Below the pieces are notes generated by a model. The model saw only the letters and a program-made list of their open reading frames with translations, did no database searches and had not been told where the DNA came from. The position numbers and the translations under genes were made by a program. This document shows positions 46,889-61,900 of a DNA stretch of 64,000 nt, one piece after another. Each line of letters begins with the position of its first letter. Position 1 is the stretch's first letter. This DNA is from Schizochytrium sp. TIO01 (taxonomy: Eukaryota; Protista; Bigyra: Labyrinthulomycetes): NCBI GenBank assembly GCA_004764695.1, contig SMSO01000025.1, positions 2,046,001 to 2,110,000 on the forward strand, in the 5' to 3' direction.

Positions 46889-48851
46889 GATAGCAAGCAA
46901 TGCCTCACCCACCCACTGCTGCTCACGAGCCTCTATCCTACTGCATTTGTGCACGTGTAGCACACGCACGCACGCTCGCTCAATTGCACACACCTTCGCA
47001 TCAACAGCAATAGCGGCTGTGCTTCTTCATGAAGTAGACACATTCCTTCCTTCCTTCTTCCTTCCTTCATGCAGGGAGCGCAGTCTTGGCCTCCTAAAGA
47101 AGGCACTCTCAAACCGCCAAAAGACATAGGTGCCACAGCAAATCGAGCCCTTGTCTTCGCTTTTCTTTCCAACCAAACAAACAAACAAATAAACAAATAA
47201 ACCATGAGGTCACTTGTTTGTTGTTTCCTGGCCAGCCGGGCTCGCGTGTCGCCACCACGGACGCATCGCAGCATCCGCGACGTCATCGCTCGTCATCGCG
47301 CCTGCGTGGTCTTTCTTGCAAAGACAGCCAAGTTGTGCCTGAGCGCTTGCAAGCAAGCAAGCAAGCAATAAGCTTTGGCGCGGCGCGTGTGGTTCTTGCA
47401 AAGGCCTCGTAGAGTTTGCTGTAGCTGACTGGTACTACGCAGGCGCCCGCCCACTAAGAATTCATTCATTCATTCAATAATACGGCCGAAGCGTTCTCGA
47501 GATTCTTTTCGATTGGCGTCGCAGAAACAAAGTAATAATAACTCCTGCCTGCCTACTACCGACTACAACCAGGTAACCTGTGTTGGAATAGCGAGGGCTA
47601 AGAGGGCGAGTAGGCGCGGCGGTAGGAGTGCCTCCTTTAAAACTGCGGACGTTAAATGGAGATGGGGGCGGCGTACGTAGCCGCGCAGAATTTTAGTTGT
47701 TCTCTTCCTTTACAAATTGAAGTAAAACTGACTAAAGGAACAAGTCTGATGAGCGAGGGTCTCTCCGAATTATCGACTTGATGCAAACCGTGCGCTCGAT
47801 CTGCCCACCCCGACCTGCAAGCGGACACGGACCAAGCTTCAAGCTAGCTTGCTAGAGAGGACTGTGGAAGGTGCTCAAAATGAGGGACAAAGTGAAGTCC
47901 GGCAAAGATGCACGATAAACCAGTGAGGAACTTGGTGTTTGCGATGCTTTGGGTTTTTCGCAGCTTCAAACTAAGGTTTTAGAGAAACTTATAGAGCCTT
48001 CTACTACAGAGCATATAATTTTCATTTATAAAAGTTGCGCCCAAACGCTTTACGAAATGCAGTCCCGGGCTTCTTCAATCTACGAAATTCGAATGATCAT
48101 CTTGGAAAATGAGTGGCCAAAATGAAATTGTTAAAAACCAGCCATGTCTGCTCTCGGAGCGTCAATTGCTGTTTTTGGACAAAGTATGGTTGAAGCCTAT
48201 TGTTTATACCCTCCCAAATAGTCAACCAATAAGTCAATCAATTAACCAATCGCCGATGAGATGGCCATTTGGTTAAATGCCTACTTTGAAAAGGTAATTG
48301 AAGATTGCGCATAACGCCCAAAGTGCTTATGTGGAAAGATGCTTGTAGCACATTGAATTTGGCCAACCAAAGAAAGCAGTAGCCGGACAGGAGCACCAAT
48401 GGAATACACGTCACCTTACTTCGGTAGATATCACATCCAACTGACTTGGAGTCGTGTCACCAGTGATTGCAAATGGTCGTCGAATCATGAGCATTGTCAG
48501 CGCCCATCACCATGACCACCACTCCTCATCACATTATTAGTCAGCAGCAGCTCACTCCTAGCTACATTACACTACACTAAGCAGGTGGTGCCTCGGTACC
48601 ACCATTGATTTCTTTCATCCGGATTGAAATGAACCCGAAGATTACTGCTCTTTCTTTGAGCAAATGATTGCATGATTGATTCGTTGATTCAATGGTGAAA
48701 AGGTCTTTTGTGGAGCGACATCGTACGGCTTGGGCAACCATTTTAACCGTGGCTAGCTTCTGCAAACCTATGAATATGCTCGAGTTGAATGAGGAACAAG
48801 CCATCTTCTATCTGTGAAGAGAACCGGGAGGGTTAGTCAATGGCAGGGAGC

Positions 48852-48908
48852 GAGTGAGTGAGTGAGTGAGTGAGTGAGTGAGTGAGTGAGTGAGTGAGTG
48901 AGTGAGTG
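48852..48908. repeat. (GAGT)n microsatellite
   Basis: Perfect run. Confidence 0.95.
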
Positions 48909-49672
48909 TCCAATTAATCCGCATCAAAAAGCTTTTGGTGAGTTGGAAGCCCAGAATGATGAAGCGCGGTCAACGAGTGAACTTCAGAGCGTAGAGAGAC
49001 TGAATGTGAATGGAAATAGAGTCCAACTTCCTTCTGCACGGGTACCTACCTGTTTACTTCTAGAACTAGGGGCTGCCTAGTCAGAACTGGTAGCCGCGGC
49101 AGAAGGCCTCAATCTTCGGGTTGGCCGAGTTTCTTGCGGAGACTCGCAGCAAAATTGATCTCGTGGGCCAAACTCGACAGATTTGGTCTCATCTTAAAGT
49201 TCGCGAGCGCCACCGTACAGAAGTACAAATATCGCCAGGTTTGAAGCCACTCGTCAATATTGGCTGCCTTCGCAAACTCTGGACACCGGACCTCGTTGTC
49301 GTTTTCCGGCCCGTCAGCACGTTCCCCTACTGCCCTCCTATTCGCTTTTGTAGGTTCCGCACAGAGAACAAACATAATCTCCTGCCTTAGTAATCACTTA
49401 CTCGCTTACTTGTGGTCCGCGAATTTTGCTTTTCTTTTTACCTCTCGATTTCTCTCAGGGGAGGTAGGTAGGTACTGCCCTATTAATAGTAGGAGTAGTG
49501 AAAGTAATTGTAAAATACCTCATTTCTCTCCTGCTTTCTCTAGAGAAGCTGCTTTCTTTCTCTTTTGTTATTTTATTTTAATTGTAAGAATAAAATAAAT
49601 GAGATTTAAAGTCTATCTGTATTTTGTTATAAGTTCTTTTTCTTTCTTTGTTTGTTTGTTTGTTTGTTTGTT

Positions 49673-49707
<35 letters not shown>

Positions 49708-51435
49708 GTTTTGTTTTGTTTCAAATTACTTTGTATTCTAGAGATTTTTCTTCTCCGTTACTTCTTTCTTTTCTTTTAATTTTCCTTTCTAAATCTTAAA
49801 ATTCCAAAGCTTTGCTAAACTCTTAAAGGCTAATTTTTTGTTCAATATTAATTTTTAAAAACTTATCAATCAAAACCTTCATTACAGTATAGGCTCGTAA
49901 GATCCTCCCATAGCCCCCTCTCCGAGAGCCTCCAAAGCGAGGAGAGAACATCCCGTTCCCCTCAACTCCTTCACGCATTTCATTTCACATCATTGCTTCG
50001 ACGCAGTCCTCGATGCAGGAATTGCTGGAAAGGATAAACGTTGAAAACAAGCAAACAAACAAACAAACAGTAGAGTCAACGGGGGAACAGCACTCTGCTT
50101 TGAAACAAGTGCGGCTTCGCGGTCGCTGTCGCCTCCTCGTCCGCTTCATTCTGAATGAATGAATCGCCCGAAATGTATGACGGCGGCAGTCCCGAACTTT
50201 GGAACCCAGCGGACACAATCTCCAGCAAAGGAGATAGGCGCCTCCCTACTGCTGCTAATATCCGCCTGAAACTTTAAGTAGCTCTCCGCGAGGACGTGAA
50301 GATATACATATATATATATATACATATAGATAGATGGATAGATCAGATAGATCAGATTGATGAGTATATAGATCTCTAAGAGCTTCGCTGCGAAGGAATT
50401 TAACGGGCCCTTTTTGATTTGCAGCCCAAGGCAGAACTTTGCTTGCAATTCGATGCTGCGCAGACGCAGACGCAAGCTATGGCTGTAGAGAGAAGACTCG
50501 GTGGCTTCTCTCTGTACCTTGGAGAGAGAAAAGAGAAGACCTTCCTCGAGGTGTGTCAAGCGAAGGCCTGCGAGGAGGCAAGTTCTTGAGAAACAGAAGG
50601 TTTTCGAGGAGACAGCATTTATAGCGGTCGTTCCGAGGATCGTTACGTAACCTTCTCTGGCCAGTGAAAGTGAAGGGGAGAAAGAAGAGCGCGCAAGAAC
50701 GAAGCGAATAAGTGCGCGCGTGCACCGGTGTGCAGCGCCGCCAAAGCACTCGGAGGGGTGACAGGTGGATCTTACTGGGGTACAGAACAAGTCCCTGTCT
50801 GGCTGCCGCAGAAGCGTCCTGCCATGTATTATCTTCTTTTCAAGGTACTTCCTTCCTTCTCGCTCCTTCCACTTTCTTTCTTTATTGTTATCATGACAAT
50901 TACTCCTTTCTTTTCTTTCTCCTCAGACTGTTTCCACCGCGCCGTATTCAATTTCTTTTTTCATTTAAAATGTTAAAACTAAAAACACAATTTAAAGTAA
51001 AAATTATATGCAGTACTATTATCTTGGGACATGTGAAGAACTCTTTTACCATGACTTAGAAAATAAATAATAAATACATTATAAATTGAATTAAAAGGTC
51101 GTAGATAATAAGTAAACGATAAGAATACCAGTAATAACAATAATTATTATAAATGGAATGACGATTGCAAGGAACGAATGAGAAGAGTCGCGGCTTTCAG
51201 TGGTCAAGAAGGAATGAGAAAGACTCTCATCGCTTAGAGCGTCATCGCTGCATCGCTGGAAACCAACTCAAGCCGTTCTGAGAAGACGACCAAAGGCTCC
51301 CACGATGGCTTTCCTCTGGACCCTCCGCAGAAGCGCGAATCGAGCGCGAAAGATCCTCGAGGGCGTTCGGCGTCTCCTCTCGAAGAAATCGGCACGCAGG
51401 ACAGAAAGTAAAGTTTAGTTCGATGGACCGATGGA

Positions 51436-51491
51436 TGAATGAATGAATGAATGAATGTCACTCACTCACTCACTCACTCACTCACTCACTC
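51436..51491. repeat. Compound (TGAA)n-(TCAC)n microsatellite
   Basis: A TGAA run is directly followed by a TCAC run. Confidence 0.9.
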
Positions 51492-54400
51492 AATCGCTCG
51501 AACGGAAATGCTGCGAAGTCGCCGTTTGCGTTGGCTCCGCCTTCGGTAGCGTGAATCGGCGCGAGATCACTTCGTTGTTGGAGAACTCCAAGAGAAGGTT
51601 TCCCTTTCTTCAGCTTCATCGCTGCAAATGGACGGCCCTCTCCAACAATCTTGGCTGCTGACAAGAGGGAATCCAGAACCCGCCGCGGCGCATAGATACC
51701 ACTGTTGGGAATGAATGAATGAATGAATGCGCTCTTCTCCCAACTAACAAGGGCGTTAGCGGCGAAGAATGAAGGTGAGAACCTGCTGCAGCAGACTCGT
51801 GGACTTTTGCGGACGTGAGGTCGAAACGCTGCGAAAGGAGGTCCGCTCTTCTCGGGAAGGAGCGAGTGAATGACTGCCAGTACTCATGACGCGATACATA
51901 CATACATACATACATACATACACACATACATACAGAGCTCCTGTGTTTCTTTCTTTGTTTCTTTCTGTTTCCATTGACAGTGCAGGGTCCCGAAAGAGAG
52001 GCATGAGAATGATGAACGTTCTACTTCAGTAGTGTTCTTTTTAGAATAGTAGTTGTTGTCTTTTATTTAACCCTTCACTATTAGCTTTCTAAAAATGAAC
52101 GATTAAAGATAAAGATTGTTTTTAATAGAATAGAACTAATCAGAATGGTTTATCTATGTCTTAGTTCGCTGAAGATGCTTTTGATTGTTTGTATTGTTCT
52201 TTTCATCACGAAAACTATGATAGTATTTGTAAACTAAGTTAAAAGGGCAAGATGAAAGGGTGTTCTTTCATTCATGGGGTGTGGGAACGTACTATGTGCT
52301 CTGGAAAAGAGAAACCCACCTTGAGCAATGTATTTTGCGAATAGCAGAATACCACATCCTCGAAGTCGAACTTTTCGAGCCCTTCGATTGACTGCGGATG
52401 CCGCCATCCAGTCATTTCAACTGCAGGCTGCAGGGTCGCCATACGTAGACAAATACAAATGTCGAAGATGCGCTCTTCACAAAGGAACTTGCACACGTTC
52501 ATTCACCCATCCATTCACCTTTCAAGAACACTCACACACAAACACAGATCTGCGACCATCGAATGGCATCATCGCCTTTATAAAGGTAGGTAGCTAGGTA
52601 CTTAGGGTAGTTCCATCCTAAAGTGGCGGTAGCTGGACCGCTCGAGGGCTGCAGACAGGTCATTGTGCAGGCAGTTTATGACCATTATGTCGAGTGGCGC
52701 TTCCTTCAAGCACCATGCATCATGAATATCAAAATAGCAATCGATTCGCCCCTCTTGGGAGAACCGCGTCACACACACAGGTATGAATATACGCATGCAC
52801 ATGTATGTATTTATTCTTCACGGCCCCCTCGCTCTTGCTGGCACATCGCGCTTGCTAAGAGTCCCTACTTGTCCGCTAGTCATCGCGATGTATTATGTGT
52901 AGTCGTTGTGGTCGTGTGTGTGAAGTGAGGTGAAGTGAGGTGAGGTGAGGCTAGCCAGCGAAATAGAAAAAGCAGTGGGACGAGAGAATGAAATGAATCA
53001 ATGGAATGAATGAATCAATCACTCAATGCAATGAATGAATGCAATGAAATAAACTGAAATATAGTGAAATGGAGCGAAATGAAGTGAAATGAAGTGAAGC
53101 AGCAGAAACGAGGGTTTGGACGACGAGTCCGAGTTCAACAGAGCAGTGGAAGCGGCGCAATACTGAGCGTAGGCTGGAAGCAACTAACTATCCAGCGAAA
53201 CGACCAGGCTTCAAGGCAAGGTTGATGACGAGCCCAGCCAACGGAACAGGGACGCAGGCAGTCCGAGACCGAGATTCATGCTATTCGAATAGCCTTGAAG
53301 AAACGGAAGCAGGCAGCGAGGAGCCAGACATTGATTGATGCACAGTTCGTTCGAGAAAGCGGTTCCTGGTTCCTAGATACCTGTAGGTGGGTACCCAGGT
53401 ACCTTCAAGCTTGAAGTTCTTGGCTAGCTCGTCCTGATCGTGTTTATGGCTGCAGCGAGAACCGGACAAAGTGGTGTGTAGAGAGCAAATCGGAGTGAAG
53501 TTGCGATTGGAAAACTATCGAAGGCAGCTGGTATTGTTTTCTGTTGGTTTTGTTCCATTTATTTTAATGGTTAATTTTTAATGAAATCAAGCAATGAAGA
53601 AGAAAAGAAAGAAGGAAAGAATTCAAATTGCATGAACAAACAAAAACTCTCGTGCCTTTGAAAACTGCATCCGACAAAGCTCACTGACGGTGAGTGAAAC
53701 GGCCGAAAGAAAACGAAAAGAAAATGCAATAATTTTCATGAGGGTTCATGCTCTTGCTCTCTCTCTCTTTCTCTTCCCGTTCTTCTCGTGCCTTGGCTGA
53801 GCTTTCGTGCCTGTTCCTGCAACTTCGAGGGCAGCTCTCGCCTCCACCGCACCCTGGAAGAGACTGCCAGCGCTTCGGCAGCACAGAATCCAAAGTGGCA
53901 TCGAAGCCGAAGCGAGGAATATGGCAAAAATCCAGCTTTCAAAGGCTGATCCAGATTTCTTCGCAGTACTGCAGTGGTGCAGTAATCTAAACTCCCAGAA
54001 GAAGGAAGGCCGCACTGCTACGGTTACCGCTAGCCGCCGCCTACCGAGGGGGCTTTCATGAGTTGACCTGAGAAGCGACTTCTTCTAAGCTCTTCTTCTA
54101 TTTCTGTGATATCTCAGTTTCAAGCTTTGCGAAGTTCGTGAAAACTCACGCGAAGACGAAGTAAAATCAACAACGCCATCCTCCGCACAATAAGGGCCCA
54201 AAGCCATCGACTGATCTACAGATATCTTCACGCGAAGATCGGGTTGTGGAAGAGGCAAATGGATAGTGGGTCAGATCTGGAGCGCACCCAAAGGCGAAAG
54301 GAAGCTAAAGCGAAGGTCAATCGACTCGATAGATACCCTGTTATGAAGCACGCGGCGCAAGGAAGTTTGAGCACGTGCGCGACGAGGCCAACTTCAAGGC

Positions 54401-54890
54401 GAGAAATGCCTCGCAGCACAGCGCAGCTAAAGCGAAGCTAAAGCAGCGCTAAAGCAAAGCCGAGCGTGCGATGGGATGGGAAGGCAACAACTTAGCAACT
54501 CACGAAACCCGTCGAGAAATGCCACGGCATCGCAGACTCGTGCAAGAGCTGAAAACACTCGCGATTCCTTCACGGTGCACATTATCAGATCAAAGATCTC
54601 ACGAGACAGACTTGGCTACTTTCTCGTAAGCTGGGGTAGAAGAGCCCCCGCTAAAAATTGGTAGAGATCCACGTCAAGGATTTCCATGATACCATGAAGG
54701 TGGCAATGGATCAAACCTAAAACATATCACCACTGCACGTGTGTGTATGTATGTATATTTATATGCATGTGTTTATGGGTGCCTGAGCCTTCGTTCCTTC
54801 CTTCCTGCCTTTCTTTCCTCATGGTAGTGCACAATAGGAATGAGGGTTGATTGAAATTAAGATCAGCTTTAGCAGTACATGGATCAATTG

Positions 54891-54892
<2 letters not shown>

Positions 54893-54980
<88 letters not shown>

Positions 54981-54981
54981 A
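54893..54981. repeat. (GATT)n microsatellite
   Basis: About 88 bp perfect run. Confidence 0.95.
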
Positions 54982-57912
54982 GATACATAGAGGTCAAGGT
55001 TAGGTTAGGGCCACGTTTTGCAACTATGAAATCTCGAGTATCCTCATATTTCAGAACTCGCTGCCCTTGATGCAGAGATCTGATTCTGCCCCGATCGCAG
55101 TGGGGTGCCAAAAAACGCAGCGAATTCTTCTGCTGTCTTTCTATACTCGAGTGAAGTCATTCTGATCTTGCACAGCAGATACAATTTCCCATGTACTGGA
55201 GCATAAATAGCTAGGCTCTGCTAGGTGGTGCCTAGTTACATGCCTACGGTTAGTAACAGTCATAGCATCACATTGCATTGGATTGCACTGCATTGCATTA
55301 CATTGCATTGTATTGCATTACATTGCAACGAATTGCTTTCTTAACCAAAACCCACTCAAACCTGGACTCAAACAGCACAAGGAAGGCTGCACGCGGCCAC
55401 ATAGGTAGGCCTTCAGCTACGAAGGCCCGGTCGCTCGGTCTTCTTGAGGCTAATCTGCTGTACAAGATGAACGAACAATGGGTATGAAATTCGTTAGAAT
55501 CGCCTGGTCCATCATTCATCTTTCTTTCTGTTTGCGTAACGTACCCTCATTTCGAAGCCTGAAACTGAGGCTACGATTAGAGAGGGTATCCAGGCGTTGC
55601 AATAAGCGTTGGAGATCCGAATTCGCAGCATCAATCAGTCAATCGATCGATCAATTCACGCCAGCAAAGGTGCGAGTGAGGCCAAGCATTTTCGAGTTGG
55701 TCTCGACTCAGGTCCTGAGATTGCGAGCGAGCATTCCGGTTTCTTCTGGTACTACTCGATTCAAGTCAGATCGCGAAGCGGAGGGTTCTTTCTCTGCGGA
55801 TTTGGACCCTCGTTCTCGTTCTTGTTCCCGTTCTCATTCCCATCTTGGCAATCTTGCACCTTCTTATGATCCCTGCCTTCTAGTGCCTACCTAATTCAAT
55901 AGCTCTGCAGGCCAGATGGACCACTGAGGTACTGCAGGTACAGCGGCGACGGCGACTGCGAAAGCATGTGTATTGACTCGCTGAGATCGATCAAATCAAA
56001 TCATATCAAATCATATCAGATCAAACCATATCAGACCAAATCAAATTTAACCAGACCCAGCCAAATTGATCCTCCAAATAAAATAAAATGTGATGGAATT
56101 TGACAAAAGGCATGCCACAAAGTTTTGTGCGAATACGGCTTGAATGGCTATTTCTTCAGCAGCAGAAGCCTCTCATCGTGGAGGCGGAACGAGAGCTTTG
56201 CAACGCAATGGCGGCAGCTCAGCCGCGAAAAGACCATATCCTGCATAAATAATAGCCGAGTCCTTAGTATCCATATCCTTGGACCGCCGACCTCATTCGC
56301 GGGAAGCTCAAATATCAGAAAGGAAGGAAGTTCTTTCCTCCTTCCTTCCTTCCTTCCTTCTTTCTTTCTTTCTTTCTTTCTTTCTTTTATCCAATTAGTT
56401 TTACTTTTCACTAACTCCTGTTCTGTTCCCTCCCTACACTGGCGGATGCTGATTAAACGTGGGTTTGTTTGCTAGCAGTGGCTTAACTCCACATAGCACT
56501 AGCGTCTTTTCTCTTTTCTCTTTCCGGTGTTTTTCCCTATTTCTTTGTTCTTTTATTTGCTAGTGTTCCATTCTGTTTCTGTTTCTTTTAGAGCGAGCGT
56601 CCTGAGATTACTCGCGCTATCTTCTGCCCATCCTCGTTGCTGTGATGATTGCGGACTGCAAAGGACCGTTTGGGCAGTGGGACGGAGTGTTCGAGAGCCT
56701 GCCTCTCTGCGTCTCCTCCTGTCGTCGCGGCCTTCGTAGTGCATAAATGGAATGGATGCGAGTACAGCTCAACGCATCGATGCTGAGCTGGGCAGATGCC
56801 GAGAAATATCGAGGTTCATGATTGTACATAAGAAGCCTCACTTTCCATCTTTGAGTGTTTTCTTTCAACTGTTGCTGTTCTAACCAATTTTCTTTGGTGT
56901 GGAAGTGTTGTTTCTTTTCTTCAAATTAAAAAACTAACGTTTAGAAAGGAAAAACAAATGATTTGGAAACATGCGTTTAACATTTTTTTGAGGTGTAGCA
57001 AGTTTTTAGAGAATATGGTTATTTTTATTGTGCACTCCATTGCCGCCTTTTTATTAGTTTAAAAATAAATTTAAGAGGCATTTGCCGCATTAAGATGAAG
57101 AGGCGCTTTCAGCAAAGAAACAAAAAAGCTTTTATAATTTATAATTTTATTTTATTTATTTATTTTTTAAATCGAGACGAATTTTAAAAGTGAAACATTT
57201 TATAAATTAATAGATGTTTTCATTTACGCGCCTACTCATATTTGTTTCTTCTACTCTTCTTATTTAATTATAACAAGTATTTTGTTTCCATAATAAAGAA
57301 AAACAGAAATAAAAAATATGAGAGAAAGCCATCTCGTGGCTTTTTCCGTTCTTGGACCCTTGGAAAAAGAGAGGGAAAGGAAAGGGAGCAGAAGACGACT
57401 TTCTATAAGATATCTACTCTTCTCTCTTTCTCCTTTTTCTTACCTCTTCTACTTTCTAAAGTAATCATCATCATCATAATAAGAAACCTAATATAAAATG
57501 AAAGAAGAAGACCCTTTCATCAGTGCATTCCATTCATGCAAACTGCAGCAGACCAAAGTGCCAGAAAGAAAGGCGTCGATTGTGCATCGCCAGCCTGTTC
57601 AAGGCGGGCAAAAGAAAGGATGGAGGCCGAGAGCTTTGGATGTTCGTCTGTTGGACTGTTTCTTTGCTGCTTTCTTGGTTTGGATGTCTGTTTCTCTCTT
57701 GGCTAAGACTGCCGATGCAAATTACTCCCGAGGAGGAATTTCAGGTAACAGCGAAATGGCAAAAGCTTGCCTCACAGGATTGGATTCGGCGCAGGATATG
57801 ATGGACCTTGCATCCGCCCGCCAGAAACCGGAAACAAGAGAGCGCCAACAACCTACAAAAGGTGGCAGAGGATTCTCGCATTCATTCATTCATTCATTCA
57901 TGTAAGAATGAT

Positions 57913-57965
57913 GAAATGACGAAATGACGAAATGACGAAATGACGAAATGACGAAATGACGAAAT
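57913..57965. repeat. (GAAATGAC)n 8-bp tandem repeat
   Basis: Six perfect units plus a partial unit. Confidence 0.95.
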
Positions 57966-58899
57966 CAAATTCGTAAAGTGATGATGAGAACGACGGATGA
58001 TCGATCGACCAGTCAGTTTCAAGATTGATTCGTTCATTGCGAAAGGTTGAAAGAAAGAAATCGTTGGGAGGAACTAGCTTTAATGGCAGACATAGGAGGA
58101 TGCTCCGAAAGGCAGCCAGCGGCCGAAACGAAGCATTCAATGGTTTCACTCGTATTGCATTTGCGGGTGAAGCGAAATTAAAATGTGAGTGTGTTTATTT
58201 GCTTAGTTTTTTATTTGTTTGTGGGCTTTGTCTGCGAAGGCGATTCTTGTGGAGAGGAAAGCCAATTTTGTTGTTTACTTGTTCATTTGCTGTATTTATT
58301 TTTAAAAGTACCTTTAGGTAGGTAGTACTTGCGTGAACAATTACATTGCTGGTTACATTGTCGGATTGTTGTTACAGTAGTTTGATTATGCCAGAAAAAC
58401 GAACTGCGGAAAAATGGAAAAAGGAGAAAAGGAAAAAAGAAAACTTAGTGAACCCTGAAGTTGGGTTCCTTTCGCGCCCTTTTTTGGCTGTTTGCACAAA
58501 AAACGCTGTGCACGCAGCGTTCTTGGCGCCTCTGTATTGCACTTTCCTGCCCGCCTCGATAGGCACTGTGCTCTTCTGCTTCTTCTTCTTCTTCTTCTTC
58601 TTGTTTTACGAAAGCTGCTCCAGCGGACTCACGTGTCTCCTTTCTTCATTAATTTGTTTATTCATTTCACCATCAGTTGAATGAAACTGAGAATCGCTGA
58701 AGAAATCGTCGCTCGAAAAGGCATTCTCGAGCCCTTGCCTAAATTTGACCTCTGGTCTCAAGACATCAATCGCTGCTGACGGCGCGTACGACGGAGAGGC
58801 GCGTAGGGCTGTTGCTGCTGTTGTGAAAGCTCAGCGCCTCCGCTGCCGAGCTTCGCAATGCAATGTATTGCATTTACAATGCAATCAATTCAAGAATGC

Positions 58900-58954
58900 A
58901 ATAAATTCAATGCAATTCAATAAATTCAATGCAATTTAATAAATTCAATGCAAT
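58900..58954. repeat. 19-bp minisatellite AATAAATTCAATGCAATT(C/T), about 3 copies
   Basis: Tandem units seen directly. Confidence 0.85.
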
Positions 58955-61900
58955 GCATAAATCTGCAGAATTGTCGCGAAATGTCGGCCAAATCTGCGCG
59001 TAGACCGAGGCCGCATTTGATGGACCAAGGGCGGTGAGGTGACCCATCGCGATCGAAGCGCGGTCGACCTCTCTGCGACTTTGCGAAATTACGAATGGCG
59101 AAATTGGTGGCAGCGCTCGATGCCTACCGTAACATTCGTACAGCATGCGGAAGTGGCTGGAATTCCGAGGAGGTAGTTTCTCGCGCCTTCTTCTACCTTG
59201 CGGTAGTGGGTTGTAGCTTGCTGCTACCTGAGGCACCTCGTCGCATGCCTTCCTTGCTTTACGAAGGTATGCGTGCCGCTGTGACGAAGGACGTCAACCA
59301 CAAGAGTCAGAATGATGATGGCAACTGATTATGCGATGGAGAAATTCCGGCGACATTTGTTTTCTCGTGCCACGATGTCCCACGCGTGAATCCATTCATC
59401 CCAATGCTGCTCCAAGGCGAATGAATGAATAAATACATAAATATATATAAACAAAATTGCTGCGTGCAAATTGGTCGCCGTTGCTCGTTGCTCTGTAATG
59501 TCTTGCTGTGAGTCTGATTGTTATTCATTCTAGAGCCTGGTCATCGAGAGTGAAACGATTGACCTCGACCAAAAAGAACAGAGCAAGACATGGGATACGT
59601 AAACGCGACTTGAGATTTCATCGATGGCTGCTCGAAATCCACAACGCTAATTGGGATTTCTATGCTGAGAACAGGAACGGAGGGAGCGCCATTCACCTAC
59701 TTCTGCAAATCAATACAAAGTCATTCACAATTTGATAACGATGCAGTATGGTTAGCCCCTACAGCGGTTTGGCGTAGCTACCTTAATGTTTGTACACATG
59801 GAATGGTCCACTTGGAGAGTGCGCAGCGCTGCTCCAAATGCAGCCACGAATTCCGCTTCAAACGTGCAGAAAAGAACCCATAAGTGTTCTCGATTCGCCG
59901 CTCCTGCCGCTGCTTGAGCAGAAGCGGGCTCTCCAGATCTCGAGGGCCGATTCCCTGTTTCCTACCGCTCCCCTCGCTCTGATTTGAGCTTCGATGTAGA
60001 ACCCTGGCAGTCCCCAAGCTTGGTGCCTTGGCTCCATTCGCTGGCATGCATGGGCTGAGGATACATCATGCATATCCATAGGTAGATCGACGGATCGACA
60101 ATCGATAGATTGACTTCTGGGAGATTCAATTCTGTGGGTGTGTGCGTGGGACTGGTTTAAATGTCAACGAGTCATGCCGACCGAAGAGAAGAATGACCGC
60201 CGCCCGGAAACCCGAAGAAGAAGCGGGTTGGCAAAGAAAGCTTTGAAGCTGCACTGGCTGAGCTGCAAGCTGCGCCCTCGTGGCGACGGCCATCTGCTGA
60301 TTCGCGCGCGATTGCTTTAGCAAAGCAGCCTGAAGTTATCAGCAGTCGGCAGACAGCCCTTAGACTGAGGAAAAGCTCGCCTTGAAGAAGCTAGGAGCTG
60401 CCTGCTCCTGGGAGCGCAGTTGCACGTGCTGGCCGTTCACGCGCTCGACGATGAGCTGAGTGATTACTATTGCTCTAAGAAGATTGAACCTGGCTCGCGA
60501 TGGGCATGATGCTGTAAAAAGAAATGAGCGAAGACGCTGAGCACGAACGGGACTTGGACGATGCTCTGATTGGACGTGGCTTCGGCGTAGAAGAAGGGGA
60601 CAGAGAAAGGCCAGCAGCACGAAAACGAGCCTCCTAAATGAAATACAGCAAGCAGCAACACGTTTGGTTTCGTTTGAGCGTATTTCAGCCAAATGGACTC
60701 GGAATAATAGGAACTCACGAAGGCGATACACAGAATCACGACGGCGGGAAACCTTCATTTAGCAAGAATTTGGAGCGAGACCAAAGTGGCCCCTCCATAA
60801 GGTTCTAATACATTAAAGCGTCTTACACAGGGAGTAAAGACAGCTCACCCTACGATGCTCTTGCCCCGCTGCGTTTTATTAAAGGTGCCTCTTTGTTTAT
60901 TCAGAACGAGAATGTTCCATGTTAAAGATTAGGCGCGACGAACGACTCTTGCAGATGCACAGAAACCCGAGGATAACTTTCCGCGGGCGGTTTGAGAGGC
61001 CCGCAGTTTGCACAGGCATCTGTAACAACGTGCAGCAAACGGCAATGCAGTTGCCAAGCTGCAAGTCGCCATCGTCGCCTGATGCACCTGATTGTGCGAG
61101 GGAATTTGACGATTTCGCGGGCCTTTCGTTTAAGTTTCGTTTTACAACATTATCTACTTGCGCACCAGCACCCATAGACTCGAGCGAGTCTCCTGCGATC
61201 CTCTGCGGAGAAAATTCATGAATTTAGGACCCTGGATAGAACTTGATGGTTTCCGATCATTTCCACTCTGTAATATCCTCTGCAGAGGGGATCTACAGCA
61301 AGATCTTACGAGAGACTATAGCCATTTGGCAGAGCACAATTGCGGGAGAAGATGTGCCTTTCCCTGCTGGTATGAACAGAAGAACAGCTAGAAGGAAGGG
61401 AAGTCCGTGCTGACGTCAACCAGGGCAATTTGTTTTTACCTTTTAGGGGCTGAGCCCACATTCTGGATGAGCTTGGAACTTTGCATTTGCTCTAGTGCCA
61501 CTGTAGCCAATCCGCACAATTATGGTTGTGCTTTCAAAACAGAGTTTGGGCGAGTTGCACTCAATGTGGTGGCATGAACAATAGAAAAAAGGATGAATAA
61601 AGTTTAGTATTAAATGCATAAAGGTAGACATCACCGCAACCGCATGAGAAGCCCTTCCTCCAAATGTGAAAGTTTGAAACATCAGCCCCAAGCAGTCCGT
61701 TCGTTGCTGCATAGAAATTTTGTCACCGTAACTTCTCGGCAGACTTTGTCAACATCAGCGACTTGGACAGAAAATTGGCTAACTTGAAAAAGAAGATCAT
61801 GAGAAAATCGTTGGTGCTGCTACAAGAGGCCACAAATTATAACAACTGCCTGACCCTTGAGGCAGCCACCTCCCCAAGCTTTGCCCGTGGATCTGTATTT

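Noticed and set aside
50146-50790. 214-aa minus-strand ORF, the longest in the desert
   Set aside because: Non-ATG start, runs through TA/GATA low-complexity sequence, no recognisable domain.
57913-58954. Short tandem repeats as a CRISPR-like array
   Set aside because: The units are contiguous with no unique spacers, there are no cas genes, and the context is eukaryotic.
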